Assembly: GCA_003990765.1 (NCBI GenBank)
Contig: RBNJ01000303.1
Coordinates: 1 to 33,611, forward strand
Source of the DNA: Jimgerdemannia flammicorona
Taxonomy: Eukaryota
Direction: 5' to 3'
Length of the DNA stretch: 33,611 nucleotides
Shown here: positions 1-11,992 of the stretch, piece after piece
Position numbering within the stretch: position 1 is the first letter of the stretch
Layout of the letters: each line of letters opens with the position of its first letter
Notes under the pieces: generated by a model
Database searches by the model: none
The model's input: the letters and a program-made list of their open reading frames with translations, nothing else
Told to the model about the DNA's origin: nothing
Translations under genes and position numbers: made by a program

Positions 1-493
1 TTTTTTTGTAGCATCGCTTGAATTGAACCATAGTCTAATTCCCACCATATTTGAACAAAAACACAGTTGCAGGGACGGGGAGGATGGAGAAGATGGCAGC
101 GATGGCTAAGGAAATGTCATGACAATATGACCCGCAAGTACAATGTCTGTCTTCCCGTGAACTTTGTTCTCTTCTAATTTAAATTATGGAACGAACGACA
201 GGCGTAGGAACTAGGTTGATGACATGTTCACATTTCAAACACTGTCGTCGGGTTTTCTATCTCTCTATTGTTCTAATTTTGTATTTCTCATTCCAGTGCA
301 CCATTATTTTGCACATGTTATGTTCGTCACATCATGGATACCTCAAATTGTCTATGGTTTGAGCGTGAATGGAGGCATGTATGTTGCTATTGTTTCTTCC
401 ATCTGAGCACATGTACATACATTTCATTAACGACCGACTGCCTCAATGCAGGCAAGGCTGGTTCTTTAATGAGCTTGAGCATACCATCTTGAA

Positions 494-1316
494 CCTCAAA
501 GACTGAAATTTTTCAAGGAGGAAAAGGTGGGAAGGAATATAAGGTGCGATTTACACAATTAGGGGCTCAAGGGGTGCAAATGGTGGTGATAGCGGGCGAG
601 TTCTCGGGGATTGGTATGTTGGCTTTGTTTCGAGGTTAACGTGCTTTGTTCATCTTTTCATAGATCGAAGCATCTCGAGGGTGCTATCCAAGAACACTTG
701 ATTGGCATTTCGGAGGTGTCAAAGGACTGGGATCCGTATTATTTGCACCTATAAAACTTGAAGATGGTTCAATTCAGTAAGGATCTCATTGTCATCATGG
801 GTATCCGAATACATTTGACATCATTTACATTTATGATCACACCATTCATTCGCAATCATTTTAGGTGATTCCGCCTCCACCTCCCGATGCGCCGCAAATC
901 GACCGCCGCCATCCACTTCGATGACGAAGACTATATGATGAGCCTGGCGCGGCGAAGTCGGCTCGTGCGCAGGGTAAAATCACGGCCATTCGGGACCTGG
1001 GGATCCGTGCGGCGCCCGGGTGGCAGCTGTCCTCAGATGACAACGAGGAACGGCTTGTTGATACGCTGCGCGTTCAGGACACGAGCTTGAACCGGAGTTG
1101 GAGGGGCGTCAGCAGTCACATTTGCGAGTCGGCTGCAGCATACGTGAGTTGGAAAACTGTAGGTTTGAACAGCTGAATCCTCTTGTGAGCTCGTGCTCAT
1201 CCGATGGGGAGGAGCGAATTCATGTCGAACCGATCCGGATTCCTGCGACGCGTGGTCGGATTTCATATCCTTCCACCATTCTCCTATACGCGTGCGGCAT
1301 ATCGTGTCTGTTTTAA
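494..1316 (+). pseudogene. Possible fragmentary spliced gene of unknown product
   Basis: Plausible splice signals (GTATGT ~615, TTTTCATAG ~663, GTAAGG ~777, TTTTAG ~864) separate GC-richer blocks, but the blocks do not join into one clean frame and I recognise no family motif. Confidence 0.2.
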
Positions 1317-1618
1317 CGGTCGGTGATATTGGAGCGAGAATGAAGAAATCAGCGATACGTATCTGCACCGCCTATATTGTCCCTTGTCCCATGACTTTGA
1401 ATAAAATTTATAGAAATGGATGTGATCGATAAATGTATTTTATTTTTGATACCAAATCAATTTGGCCAACTTCGAATCTGATGCCATCCCGCCATCCAAG
1501 TCAAATCAAACACCTCATAACATCCCAAAAGACGTCAGAAACCAATGCAGCTATGTCTGTTAACAATCGCGACAAGCCCTCGCTGATCACGACCAAGCCC
1601 CTCATTAGATCTTTCCGC

Positions 1619-4600
1619 TCACGACGACGCCTGCGCCGCCCCCACCTGCGCCGACCCCACCTGCGCGCTATTGTCATGTGCGCCGTGCACACCCGCACCA
1701 ACATGCGATTGCAGGTGGGAGTGTCCATGGGCCTGCTGTGCGGCAAGCATAGGGTTAGCATGCTTGATCTGGAACAACCTGATGTAAGTTCCGTTCCATA
1801 CGCCGAAGCTGGAGAGGCTGGCGACGTAAGCCTGTCCCCAAAGTAAGGAGCGGAACCAGATGACGAGAGCCTCGCCCCAGACGAAGCGGCGTACGTGGAC
1901 GGGACGCGGATGCGGCAGGATGCCGACAAGGGTGGCAGCGCGGAGGAACTCCAGCACCTGACCGTCGGTGGTGGGCGACTGTGTGGAGCAGAGGTCCTCG
2001 ACTTGCGGGACTAGGTGCTGGCAGAGCGTCAAGGTCGTGCCGAGGGGGAGGTTCGGGTGCCAGGTGGCAACCTAAAGGGATTAATTTATGGATGGCAGGT
2101 AGGGTAGATTCAATAAGCTCCCAAAGACCATCGATGAATCCAAAACATAAAACAAAGACAAAATCAACACCAACACCATCCCTTTTCAAAATTGTTAATA
2201 TATATATATGCGCGGTACATACCCAATCCTCCGTCGGCACGAACCCATTCTTCCCCACTGCCACGACGCCCTGATGCGGCGGAACCAATAACGAGCTCGT
2301 CGACCTCCTCCTCACATCCGTGGTCCCATTGCTATTCAAGCTGGAACTGCTGAACGTCCTCGCAGGAGCATTCTCAGGCAACTTGCCACGCGCCTTTTCC
2401 GAAAGTGGTCCTAGATCCTCTTGGGGCCTTCCAGCTTCCAAATACGTAGGGCTAGTGACAATGTTCGGCGACAGGGGCCCTGCATGCTGGTCGTCATTGT
2501 CATCGGCGCGTGCCAGAGCTGTCTTCTCGTCCAGCGACTCGGCAGCGGATGCGGCGGCAAGGTTGCCATCGCCGCTGCTCTCGGCATGGGAGAGCAGGGA
2601 TCTGGCTGCGCCGTCTTCGGCTGCGTCGCCCGTGGCCTGAATCTTGAGCTGCTCGGCGGCGAGCTGAGCAAGGCGGCGTTTCTCCTCCTTTGCGAGGCGG
2701 AGACGCTCGACCTCCGCGAGGCCCTTGGCGAGGGTGAAGTTGTGGAGGTCTTCGAACTTGCCGTGTGAGCGGATGACAGCGTAAATGAAATGAGAATTGT
2801 CTTTTTGGATGATGGGTGAGAGGAATGACGATTAAGCAAGGTGAAATTATCGTCCCACATCAATGTCGACCATCTCCCTCTGGTTTACACAAAGGTGACC
2901 CATGCCTATGCGTAAGTCACACTAAGCACCACCAAAACTCACCAGCATACTGATACTGAATCACATAATCGAAAGCTTCGAGCAAGTACTCGACAAGTCG
3001 GTGATTACCCTCATCCGCCAGGATAAACCCGGGCGCGGAAAAGGACCCGAAGAGAGAGACGAGCTTGTTGCTCGAGACGACAGAGAGATTCTTGAGGTAA
3101 GGCGAGACGTTGGTGATAGTCAGGAGCAGGGCCGGGTAAAGGGTCGAAAGGGAGCCACGCGTGGTCGCGATAAGGATATAGATGGACTGAAAGTGTGGGT
3201 GGTGGAGGGGTTTTTTTTTTTTTTTTTGTTTTTTCGTGGGAGGGAATAATAACAAAGTTATAATTGGCCTCTTAAAGCATAATATGCACCAGAAGCAGGA
3301 ATCAACCCTAATGAACCAAAAACCTCAAACCTTAACTCACAATGATCAAAAAGTCCGCATAGCTTCCATGGAACGCCTGTATGCGCACGTTGGGTGGCAA
3401 CGACGAGTGACCGTCGAAGACCTTGTTGAGCTTGACACCGAACGCGCGGTCCGACGACAGCGTCTGCAAGATGAAGGCGCACATGCGGACGAGGCCAATT
3501 TGAGCTGCCAGGGGGGGAGGCGATTAGGAATACGGAACGGTCGGTACGAAATCGCAGGAGGAATGGCGGGAGGACGGGTGTTTACCAGCGTTGAGCTTGT
3601 ATTCGAGGGCATAGTAGAGGAGCACGACGAGGACGTCAAGAACACGGTCGGTTTCAAGGAGATAGTTGCGAAAGCGCTAGGGAATATAATGATTTCAATG
3701 AGACGGAAGGCAAAAAGGACGTTGAAGGAGTTGTCAGAATATGTCACCTACGCATCGACAAGTATTTGGAAAATAAATTGCATGCTAACTCGTATTCGTC
3801 TACATACACACCTTATTGATCTCGAGCAACTTCCAGCATAGCATCATCATCTCGACGTGACATCGCACTTGCTTAGTGGAGCCCGGGAGGTAAGTGTTAT
3901 TTGCCTGTGGATGGGTAGAAGAGGCAAAATAAAAAAATAAAATAAAACCGCATACAGTTAGTATAATCCTTATAATGCAACCAACTTTATGAGGGCTTCA
4001 ACCTCTCTAAACACACAAGAATATCGGCTGCTCACCTGCATCGGGTTACTCAAGATCCTATAAATCCCATCCATTAAGAACTGGAAATCCTGTGCCCGAT
4101 GCAGCTTTGACAAGTAATACCTGAACGCATTATCCTGCACCGTGGTCTCCTTGCCATCCTTACTACCCGAAGGTTTCTGCTCCGTAATTGGGGAGGACGG
4201 CACCTCTGCAAACTCTACTGCTGTCAACGGATCGGTCCCGGTGGTCGCGGGGCGCTCCCTCTCGGCCAAGGCGCGTTTTTCAGGGTCCTGTATGGACGGC
4301 GTAGTGGAGCCCGATCCGGACGCCACGACGGGGATCGCGTGCGGAAGCGCGTCGGTCTGGTAATGCGCATGTCCCGGAGAGTGGTAGTCAAGGAGGACGA
4401 GGAGGTTCTGAAGGCAGAGGGTGACGAGGAGCTCTCGCGGGTCTGAGAAGACGACATGATTGTATGGGACGCCCCAACCGAGGGGATTGTATTTGACGGC
4501 GGTGTTAAGGAGGGAGCAGAGGAGAGCGAGGACGACCTTTCGTTCGGTGCGTGCAACGACGTGGTGCGTCCAGCGGTTTTCCTTGGCAAGGACGACTGAG

Positions 4601-5779
4601 GGTTGTGTGTACATGGACTTTGAAAGAAGTACAATGAGGAGGCGGAGGGTCTCGGTTCGGTTGGAGTCGCATTCTTTGGAGGAAGTGATGGGGGTCGAGG
4701 AGCCGACGCCCGTTTCCCATATCACGTGATTAATGCGCGAGGTGTCGGTGGCAATGGTGGATGGGATGGTGAAACCGACGAGGAAGAGGAGGTCAAGGAC
4801 GGCTGAGTGGGCCGGTTATGGGAGGGAGAGAGGTGTCGGAAAGCAAGAGAATAGGGTATTAGTGGGCAGCCATTACTGGTGGGCGTGACGACATTATAAG
4901 ACATATCCCACCCTTGAAAGAAATGCACGCTACCATTCAGAAGCCTCTCGCCCAGAGTTAACCGCTTGGCCTTTGGAGGCTCGCTCCCCTGTAAATTACG
5001 ACACCAAGCAATCAACGGTATGAGTAATTGCGACTGAAATGGACACACTCTCTCCTAAATCACAACACGTATCCGAAATTCCCAATTACACACCTCACCC
5101 TCCTTCGCGTCCTCTCTATCTTCCTTCGATGACTCGTCCGCCGTCCAAAATAACCGGTCTTCCCATTCAACGAGTTCTTCGCTCTCATAGATGAATGGCA
5201 TGAGACGCGTCAGGACGCGCACGCAGTTGAGGACCTGCAGCGTGGCAGTGGAGGAGGAGGGGAACGCTGGATCGTAAAGGAGGGTGATGAGACGGTCTAC
5301 GATCTGAGGAGGACGAAGAGAATGACGGAAGATTAGAAATTCATGTAATACATGTATCGCATGTACGTCGCTTTGTGGAATTGAGCGTGACGTGGTATGC
5401 CGTGAATGCGAGGGGCAAAGGTACCTTTTCTAGTAATGTTTCGAGATTCTCCCTCGCCTGATCGCGCACGCGACGGATGTCGGAGGCACCAACAAGCGAG
5501 AAGACATCATCGACGGATTCGGGGAGGAGCCAGAACTAGGTGGGACAGGAGGCGGTGAGTCGCTTGGATTCAGAAGGTGAGGGGATATGTGATATTGCAG
5601 GTACCTGCTCCCAATATTCGTTTTGGTTCACAGGGATGTTCTACAATGTCGAAAAGAGGAGGGGAGGGGAGGTCAGGTGAGTGTGCAACACTTGTTGTGG
5701 TCAAATAAGTACATACGCGTTCCTCGAACAGTCTGAAGACGCCCTTTCTGAAGGCGAGCTTGCTGTCGGTGATGCCCAT
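1619..5779 (-). CDS. HID1: HID1/Ecm30-family (Dymeclin-like) Golgi trafficking protein, multi-exon
   Basis: Spliced exons read MGITDSKLAFRKGVFRLFEER|NIPVNQNEYWEQ|FWLLPESVDDVFSL...LNCVRVLTRLMPFIYE...LDLLFLVGFTIP...IWETGVG...NAFRYYLSKLHRAQDFQFL...GFVPTEDW|VATWHPNLPL...GVWNGTYIRLFQIK. These are typical fungal HID1 motifs. Introns are GT-AG, exon 1 is 5717-5779 and the stop is at 1619-1621. Confidence 0.93.
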
Positions 5780-6142
5780 TTGTAGCGAGTGTGTAGGTGT
5801 GAAGGGTGCTTCTCCAAGAGCGATGTGTGTGACGTTGCAGTGGGGCTGGAGGGTCCCGTGACCACCTCTAGGGCTATATAGACAAGCCCACCTTCAACTT
5901 GTTCGGAGATGATTTGTTGGGGCGAAAAAAAGCCTAGCCACAACAATATAATCCCCAAAAATACCATTTTTCAAACCCTTTTACATGAACATTATCCGTT
6001 CACATTAGCATGCCAAGCCGATTCGCTATGGAATAGGTCAAATTTGGAACAGTCATGTCAGGGCCAAAAGATAAATTTTATATATAGCTGAATATTGGGA
6101 AATAATACATTGGTAATTTATATAAGAATTCCAAGGGTTTTT

Positions 6143-6388
6143 TTACACTTTCCTATTTTCTCCAACAAGTCTAGCAAGTTTCAGGGCGCCGCCACAGCAG
6201 GAGTAGACCTTGGTATCGTAGCACACGACCAGTAACCGATGAGCTGACCGTTGTCGTACTGGTAGAGGGCGGGGTCACAGGTCTGAGAAAGGGGTACGAA
6301 AATAATTAGTAAGTGGGATAATGGGAAAGTGTGATTGGGAACAATAGAGACCAACCTGGAGCGATACCGCACAAACCGTTCGCAGAGG
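6143..6388 (-). pseudogene. Decayed C-terminal CBM52-like (Cys-rich beta-1,3-glucan-binding) exons of the GH81 gene
   Basis: Exon 6356-6388 (SSANGLCGIAP) and an exon starting at 6282 give TCDPALYQYDNGQL and, in another frame, VCYDTKVYSCCGGAL. These resemble the CGxACYxPxxYxCxxGxL repeat of CBM52. The frames are inconsistent and splicing gives an immediate stop. Confidence 0.55.
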
Positions 6389-6497
6389 CTGTATAAAGAC
6401 AATGTTCGAAATGAAGCGACATTAGTAAGGACATTCGACTAAATCTTGGAGGCTGTTCGTTTGTTTGCGGAAGAAGGGCGTCCATTTGACGAAGAAG

Positions 6498-9400
6498 TTA
6501 ATCACGCTCACAAGAGTTATAGTTTGGCCTGGTCGACGCGAAATACAAAGCCCACGACCTGGTCAACCCGTCGTCCAAGGGAGCGGTCTGAAGGGCGTAA
6601 TAGGCCTGGGCGGGGTTAATGATGGCGTAGTTGGAGTACAAGACGCCCTGCCAGCCGCTGGTGACTGAAAAAATGATTCCGGCAAGCTTCTGATCCCATT
6701 CTTGTTGAACCTGAAGTAGGAATTGAGGAAGTAGAATTCGAGTCAGCTATCTTCGTTTTCACTGCAACGAGGGGGGGCTGAGAGTTGGGACACCGGCAAC
6801 GGTGATGCTTACAAAGGTCGAAGTCCTGGTCTCCTCACCAAGGATAGGCGTCATGGGAAGTTGCTGAATACCGTGGATATACTCGATGTAGCGGCCGAAA
6901 TACGTTGTCTGATATCGTGAAGAAAATTGTTATAGTTGTCCAATGATTCGATTTCGTTACCTGTCCGTATTTGGTGGTGATCAAAATATACTCACGTAAT
7001 CGCACTTATTCTCGAAGAAGATACCGACAACCTACAGTTTAGTATTCGATCCGAAATTAGCAACCATGGTATTTTTGCGATAAATAATATATAGTAACCA
7101 CACATACCTTGTTCTTAACATACGCGGCAGGCTGCACGGCGTTGTTGTCCAACATCCAGAAGTACTTGTAAATGGCGCGCTGGAAAATGGACAGCTGGAG
7201 AGAGACGAGATTGGCGTAGTCGGAGTTACCCTTGGCGAGCGCGTAAAGTTTGGCACCCCAGTAGAAGTTGATGGCCTAAAAATCATGTAAAGAATCATTA
7301 TGAGACTTTGTGAGTACACATTGGGCGAGTCCTCACATCTAATTATGCGATGTTACATACCTCAGAAATGGACTCTTGATCCTTGCCGTCCAGAGCACCA
7401 TTGATCTTGATACCGCCCGCCCAGCTGTGTCCAGCGAACCAGTCCCAGTTGCGGTATATGGGGAAGTAAGTGTCGGAGTCCGACGGATTGTTGACATCGC
7501 GGATGAGTGCTTCAGTCCAGGCCTCGAGCTGGGCAGTGTTCCACGTCGGGTCGAGGTACTTGATGATAGCGGCTGTTGCATAGGGAAATTGAACTAGAGT
7601 TAATTTTGAGTGCCTATTTGATTCTCCAGCCGCTTTTCTAGTCTGAGATGCTCATGAAACCAAAAAAAACAATCATACCCGTAACTATAAGGTAACCTAG
7701 AAATAGTGATGAGATGGACAAGGAAGGCTCGTTATTATTTATTTTTGGAGACGTTTTAGAATGCAGATCATCATCCGTTGATTAAAATTGTTGAACCCTA
7801 CCTTGATGGTAATGATGGTCATTGTAGTAGCTATGACCTGGATGATTGTACGATATAATCAATATGAGCAATCTAGTTCATCAATGTTGTAGTATGCACA
7901 AATAAAAAAAAGGCAGTGGCTCACCGAACGCAGCGTTTACGTCACCAGTTCCACCCAGGGAGGTAGGCAACCCGCTACGAGCGACAGTCCCCTTGTAGAG
8001 AGTGTCGTAGCGAAAAGGGTCCGGCTGGGCGTTGTTTAGGAAGGGCAGGAACGCAGCCTTGATTTTGGACAAAGCTGTTGCGGCGAGGGTCGGGTTGGAC
8101 AGCTTGGTTTCGGCGCGGTTGAGGATCAAGGCGAGGAAGGCAAGCTTCTGAAGTCCCTTGCCCGAGAAGTAGTTGTCACCAAGGAAAGTTTGGGAGGTGT
8201 AGTTGGAAGCGATGTCGACCTGAAGCGCGGCGAGGATGGTATTGGTGTTGGAGCTTTGCGGCACGGGATTCTTCGGCAACCACGAAGTCGTGCTCAGCGG
8301 GGATTCGGTCAGTTTCCATGTGCTGCTGATTACCGCCTTCATGGGTCCGTGGGTTCCAGAGCCAAGAGTGAGGTCGGTAACGGTCACGGACGAGTTGTCG
8401 AACGAATCCAAGTGATGAGGCAGCGCGTAGATCAAAGCACCTTTGCCGTCATCGCAGGAAAGGGTCCATTGGAACTGATAACAGCCGGTTGTACTGTAGT
8501 AGTAACAAAGAAGGGGGTAAATATCAGTTTGAGATCGAACAAGTATTTTGACTATAAACAGAGTTCAGCTTACCCAGAGATAGCGGCGCTGAGAACGCCG
8601 CCGGTGGGGTAGACAGCCTTGCGGTCGTCCAAGATAAATTCGGCATCACTGGCGCTGGGCAACTTGGCGATCCTGAGAGTACCGGTGAATGGAGCCGAAG
8701 CAGTTAAAGTCGTACCAGACAACGTCAAAGTCAGGGAGCTGCCACCCAAAACGTAGATGATATAGTTGCTGGTCGGGTTGTCGTTGAATGTGAGCTTGAA
8801 CTTGTTGGCCGTGACCGAACCAGAAACCGCAACTCCATTGATGGCGATGATGGCGTTCTGGCTGAAGAACTGCGGGGTGAGGCAGACGTACTGCGCGGTA
8901 ACGTAAGCCATCCCGCGGACGATGGGGAAAGTGATCGACCCAGCGCCACCGCTGAGTTTCAGGGTTGCGGAGAACTGGTCCCAGGCGGTAACATTTTGCG
9001 TCGGGGTCACACTTCCCCACTCGCTCGCAGTGGCGCGGAGGTCCACGTTCAAGGAATTGATGTAGTAGCCAGCATCGTCGGCGGGAATGTTGTTTGTAGC
9101 TCCGTAGGCACCGATGGTCTGTTGGTTTTTCGTTAGAAGCAGGATAAGTAAATAAACAAGATAAATGCTAAGAACATCAAAAATCGAATGTAGTGACCTA
9201 CCTTGGCCCACGGCTGTCTGATCGAAAGACCCGGGTTACCACCGTATCCTATGTCGAAGACACGTAGGATGTATGGCTCAGAGAACGTTGGGGCTAGACC
9301 ATTCGTGCTCGACCAGAACAGATTGGAATACCACGAATTGGTCGGGACGACCTGACTGACCGACTTGGAGTTGTAGACTGGCGGGTAAGGGTGAGTGATG

Positions 9401-9537
9401 CTGTCGAACGGTGGTGCAGCAGTGGAAAGTGGGCTAAAGCCGGAAACTACACGACTGTCCAAGGGAGAGGCGGATGTCATGGTGAGGAGTTTGACAAACA
9501 GCAGTCCAGCCGCTGTCGACGAGAGTGTTATGAGCAT
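6498..9537 (-). CDS. Secreted glycoside hydrolase family 81 endo-1,3-beta-glucanase (Eng1/Lam81-like), multi-exon
   Basis: Hydrophobic N-terminus, then [66 protein letters not shown] (catalytic D and two E intact), [30 protein letters not shown] and [12 protein letters not shown]. The end given is the unspliced TAA at 6498-6500, and the true 3' end may splice to 6388. Confidence 0.93.
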
Positions 9538-9820
9538 TATAAGTAATCGCGTAAGATCGTTTGATGAAGTTGGTTCACATCAAACTACGCGTTGTATGAT
9601 CGATAGTGGTTGTGTTATCCGATATTTCCTCTCCATGACTGCCTCGTACGTTTTCCTATCACCCGTAGCCAAATTAACGTATGTCTTCAAAAGCGTATCA
9701 TCCATTGAGAAAACTCAATAATGTTACCTTTCGTTGAAATCATCGGATGCAAGATACAGAACTATAAACCACACCCCACGTGACCCATTTTGGTGACTGC
9801 CACTCTCGGCATGGTGACGT

Positions 9821-10027
9821 CATCTCAATCAATCGTCGTTCGGCGTTCCATCTCAATCGTCGTTCGGCGTTCCATCTCAATCGTCGTTCGGCGTTCCATC
9901 TCAATCGTCGTTCGGCGTTCCATCTCAATCGTCGTTCGGCGTTCCATCTCAATCGTCGTTCGGTGTTCCATCTCAATCGCCGCCCGGCGTTCCATCAATC
10001 ATTTTTCCGTCATCTCAATCGTCGTTC
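9821..10027. repeat. 24-bp CpG-rich minisatellite, about 7 copies (AATCGTCGTTCGGCGTTCCATCTC)
   Basis: Units start at 9831, 9855, 9879, 9903, 9927, 9951 and 9975 (degenerate), with partial copies at both ends. An A23 tract follows at 10044-10066. Confidence 0.97.
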
Positions 10028-10069
10028 CGACTAAATCGTTCTTAAAAAAAAAAAAAAAAAAAAAAAGAA

Positions 10070-11111
10070 CCGCTTATTTAAAAATAACTCTTGCTACTAA
10101 AAAAAAAGCAAATACATCTACTATAATAGATATTGAAGAAGAAATTATAAATTTAATATGTTGGAACAAAAAATTATAGTGAGAAAAAATAGAAAAAATA
10201 GATAAAGATTTATCTTTTAATTAACAGTAATGGAAAATTTTATTAAATACTCTTAAAAATAATAGATTAATCAATTATAATATATAGATTTAGTCATTTA
10301 GAATATACTTTATAAAGATATAAAAATAAAACAAAGAAGTAGCTATAGATTCTAGATTTTTTTAAATATAAATACTAAAGATAAAAATAAATTTAATGCT
10401 AAAATTAAATATTTATATAATAAAAATATTAGTTATAATTTTTAAAATAATAATAATAAATAATTAAAAGTAAAATTAATGGCTCTTATTTAATATTTAA
10501 TATTTAGATAAATTGATTATAATATTTTTAAAATAAATATAATTATATTATATAAATTAAAAATATATTAACTTATAAAGATATTTATTTTAAAGTTTTA
10601 CAATATTTTAAAAAATATAAATTTGATATTATATTATTAAACTTAAAAATTATATTAATATAAATATTTTTTTTATTTTGTAAAATTTTAAAAACTATTG
10701 TAATAAATTATTATATATATATCTATAAACTACTAGAAATTCTGATAGAAATTTTTATAAAATTTTCAACTAGTAGTTATAGTTACTTAAAATAGTATAT
10801 ATCTCTCATGAATACTCTAATAAGAAGATCAATATAAATAAAGAACTATTCTCCTCATATACTATTACTATAATAGAAGATAGTCTCAAAGAAATCTCTA
10901 AAAAAAAAATCAAGATTAAGAGATGCTACATTACTATAAAAATCTCAGATAAAGTATATAAATCTGATACTGACTATAATCTCTACTCTAGTATAGAAGT
11001 AACCATTAAATTGGACTATTAGTATAGATGTTAGAATAGAGATTCCTAAAGAAACCTATATCTATCTTACAGAAAGAAGTAGTTTAGCTAAGAAAGAGAG
11101 ACTTTATATAA
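10070..11111. mobile_element. Extremely AT-rich, hypermutated transposon relic; the right part is probably the host element into which Gypsy A inserted
   Basis: Near absence of CpG, TpA excess and no long ORFs. The purine-rich + strand from ~10760 resembles the sequence that resumes at 17733. Confidence 0.45.
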
Positions 11112-11604
11112 TATAATATAGTAGATACATAACTGTAGAAGTATATCAGATTTCTGTATCTTGAAAACTTGATCTTCTTTGACTCTGTAGAATTCTTAGA
11201 ATATAAGAGTGGGTGAGTTTGATATATATCTACCTATAGGCTTACTAGTTCTCTTACTTTCTCTTTTACTTTAAACTATTTTAATATGAGGTTTATTTAC
11301 TCTAAATACTAGGAATATTTATATAAGTTTGCTAGCTATAATATAGTTAAGTTATAACTATATTTTCTGTGAGTCATTTTTCATAAGTATTAATCCTTGA
11401 TATCTGTTAAATCTTGATAATTGTTAAGATTTAACATCTGTGAAATCTTGATATTTGTAAAAATTTAATATTTATTAAAACTCTATATTTGTAAAATATG
11501 ACTGTTATTTGTAAAGCTATACTATATTTGGGAATTGAATTCAGATACTATATTTAAATATCTATTTCTCTAATTCATATTTCTAATTTAGATCAACTGT
11601 TACA
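11112..11604 (-). repeat. 3' LTR of Gypsy A copy 1
   Basis: Direct repeat of 17250-17732. It begins TGTAAC on the minus strand immediately after the PPT. Confidence 0.9.
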
Positions 11605-11992
11605 ACTTCTTCCTGAATAGGTAATTTATCTCTAAAATATCCTATTCACTCAAACTTCCAAACTTCCATAAGTTATATCTCCTTATACTATATGATTTAT
11701 ATCATTATATTCTTTCAATAGTATCTTCAGAAATAAGCTAGAGCTCCTTAAATAACTTATTAACATATTTGACAATAGTAATCTAAGTATAGGAGAGCTG
11801 GCACTCTCTAATCTAGTCTTCTTTTCTCATCTCTAGGTACAAGTTTAGTAGTTGTTCCAACTTGAAGTATTCTTGAAACTTGGTCTAGTTCTGATAGATC
11901 TTAAAATGTGAGATTTATAACAAGTATATCTGGACTATACTCTGAATACTATCAAAGAATTCCTCATAATTGGCAGCTCAGTAGTACACCAT
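11605..11992 (-). pseudogene. Post-integrase accessory ORF3 of Gypsy A copy 1
   Basis: The ATG at 11992 (MVYY*AANYEEFFDSIQSIVQ...SYT*ITIVKYVNKLFK...ALAYF) is conserved in copy 2 at 22882. The frame runs toward the PPT/LTR. Confidence 0.6.

Noticed and set aside
1433..4729. Plus-strand ORFs overlapping HID1 (e.g. 3236-3841, 2421-2768)
   Set aside because: They are antisense shadows of GC-rich HID1 exons with no independent motifs.
9821..10027. CRISPR-like array, or the repeat-encoded ORFs (RWNAERRL)n
   Set aside because: Units are head-to-tail with no unique spacers, the context is eukaryotic, and the ORFs are by-products of a 24-bp repeat.
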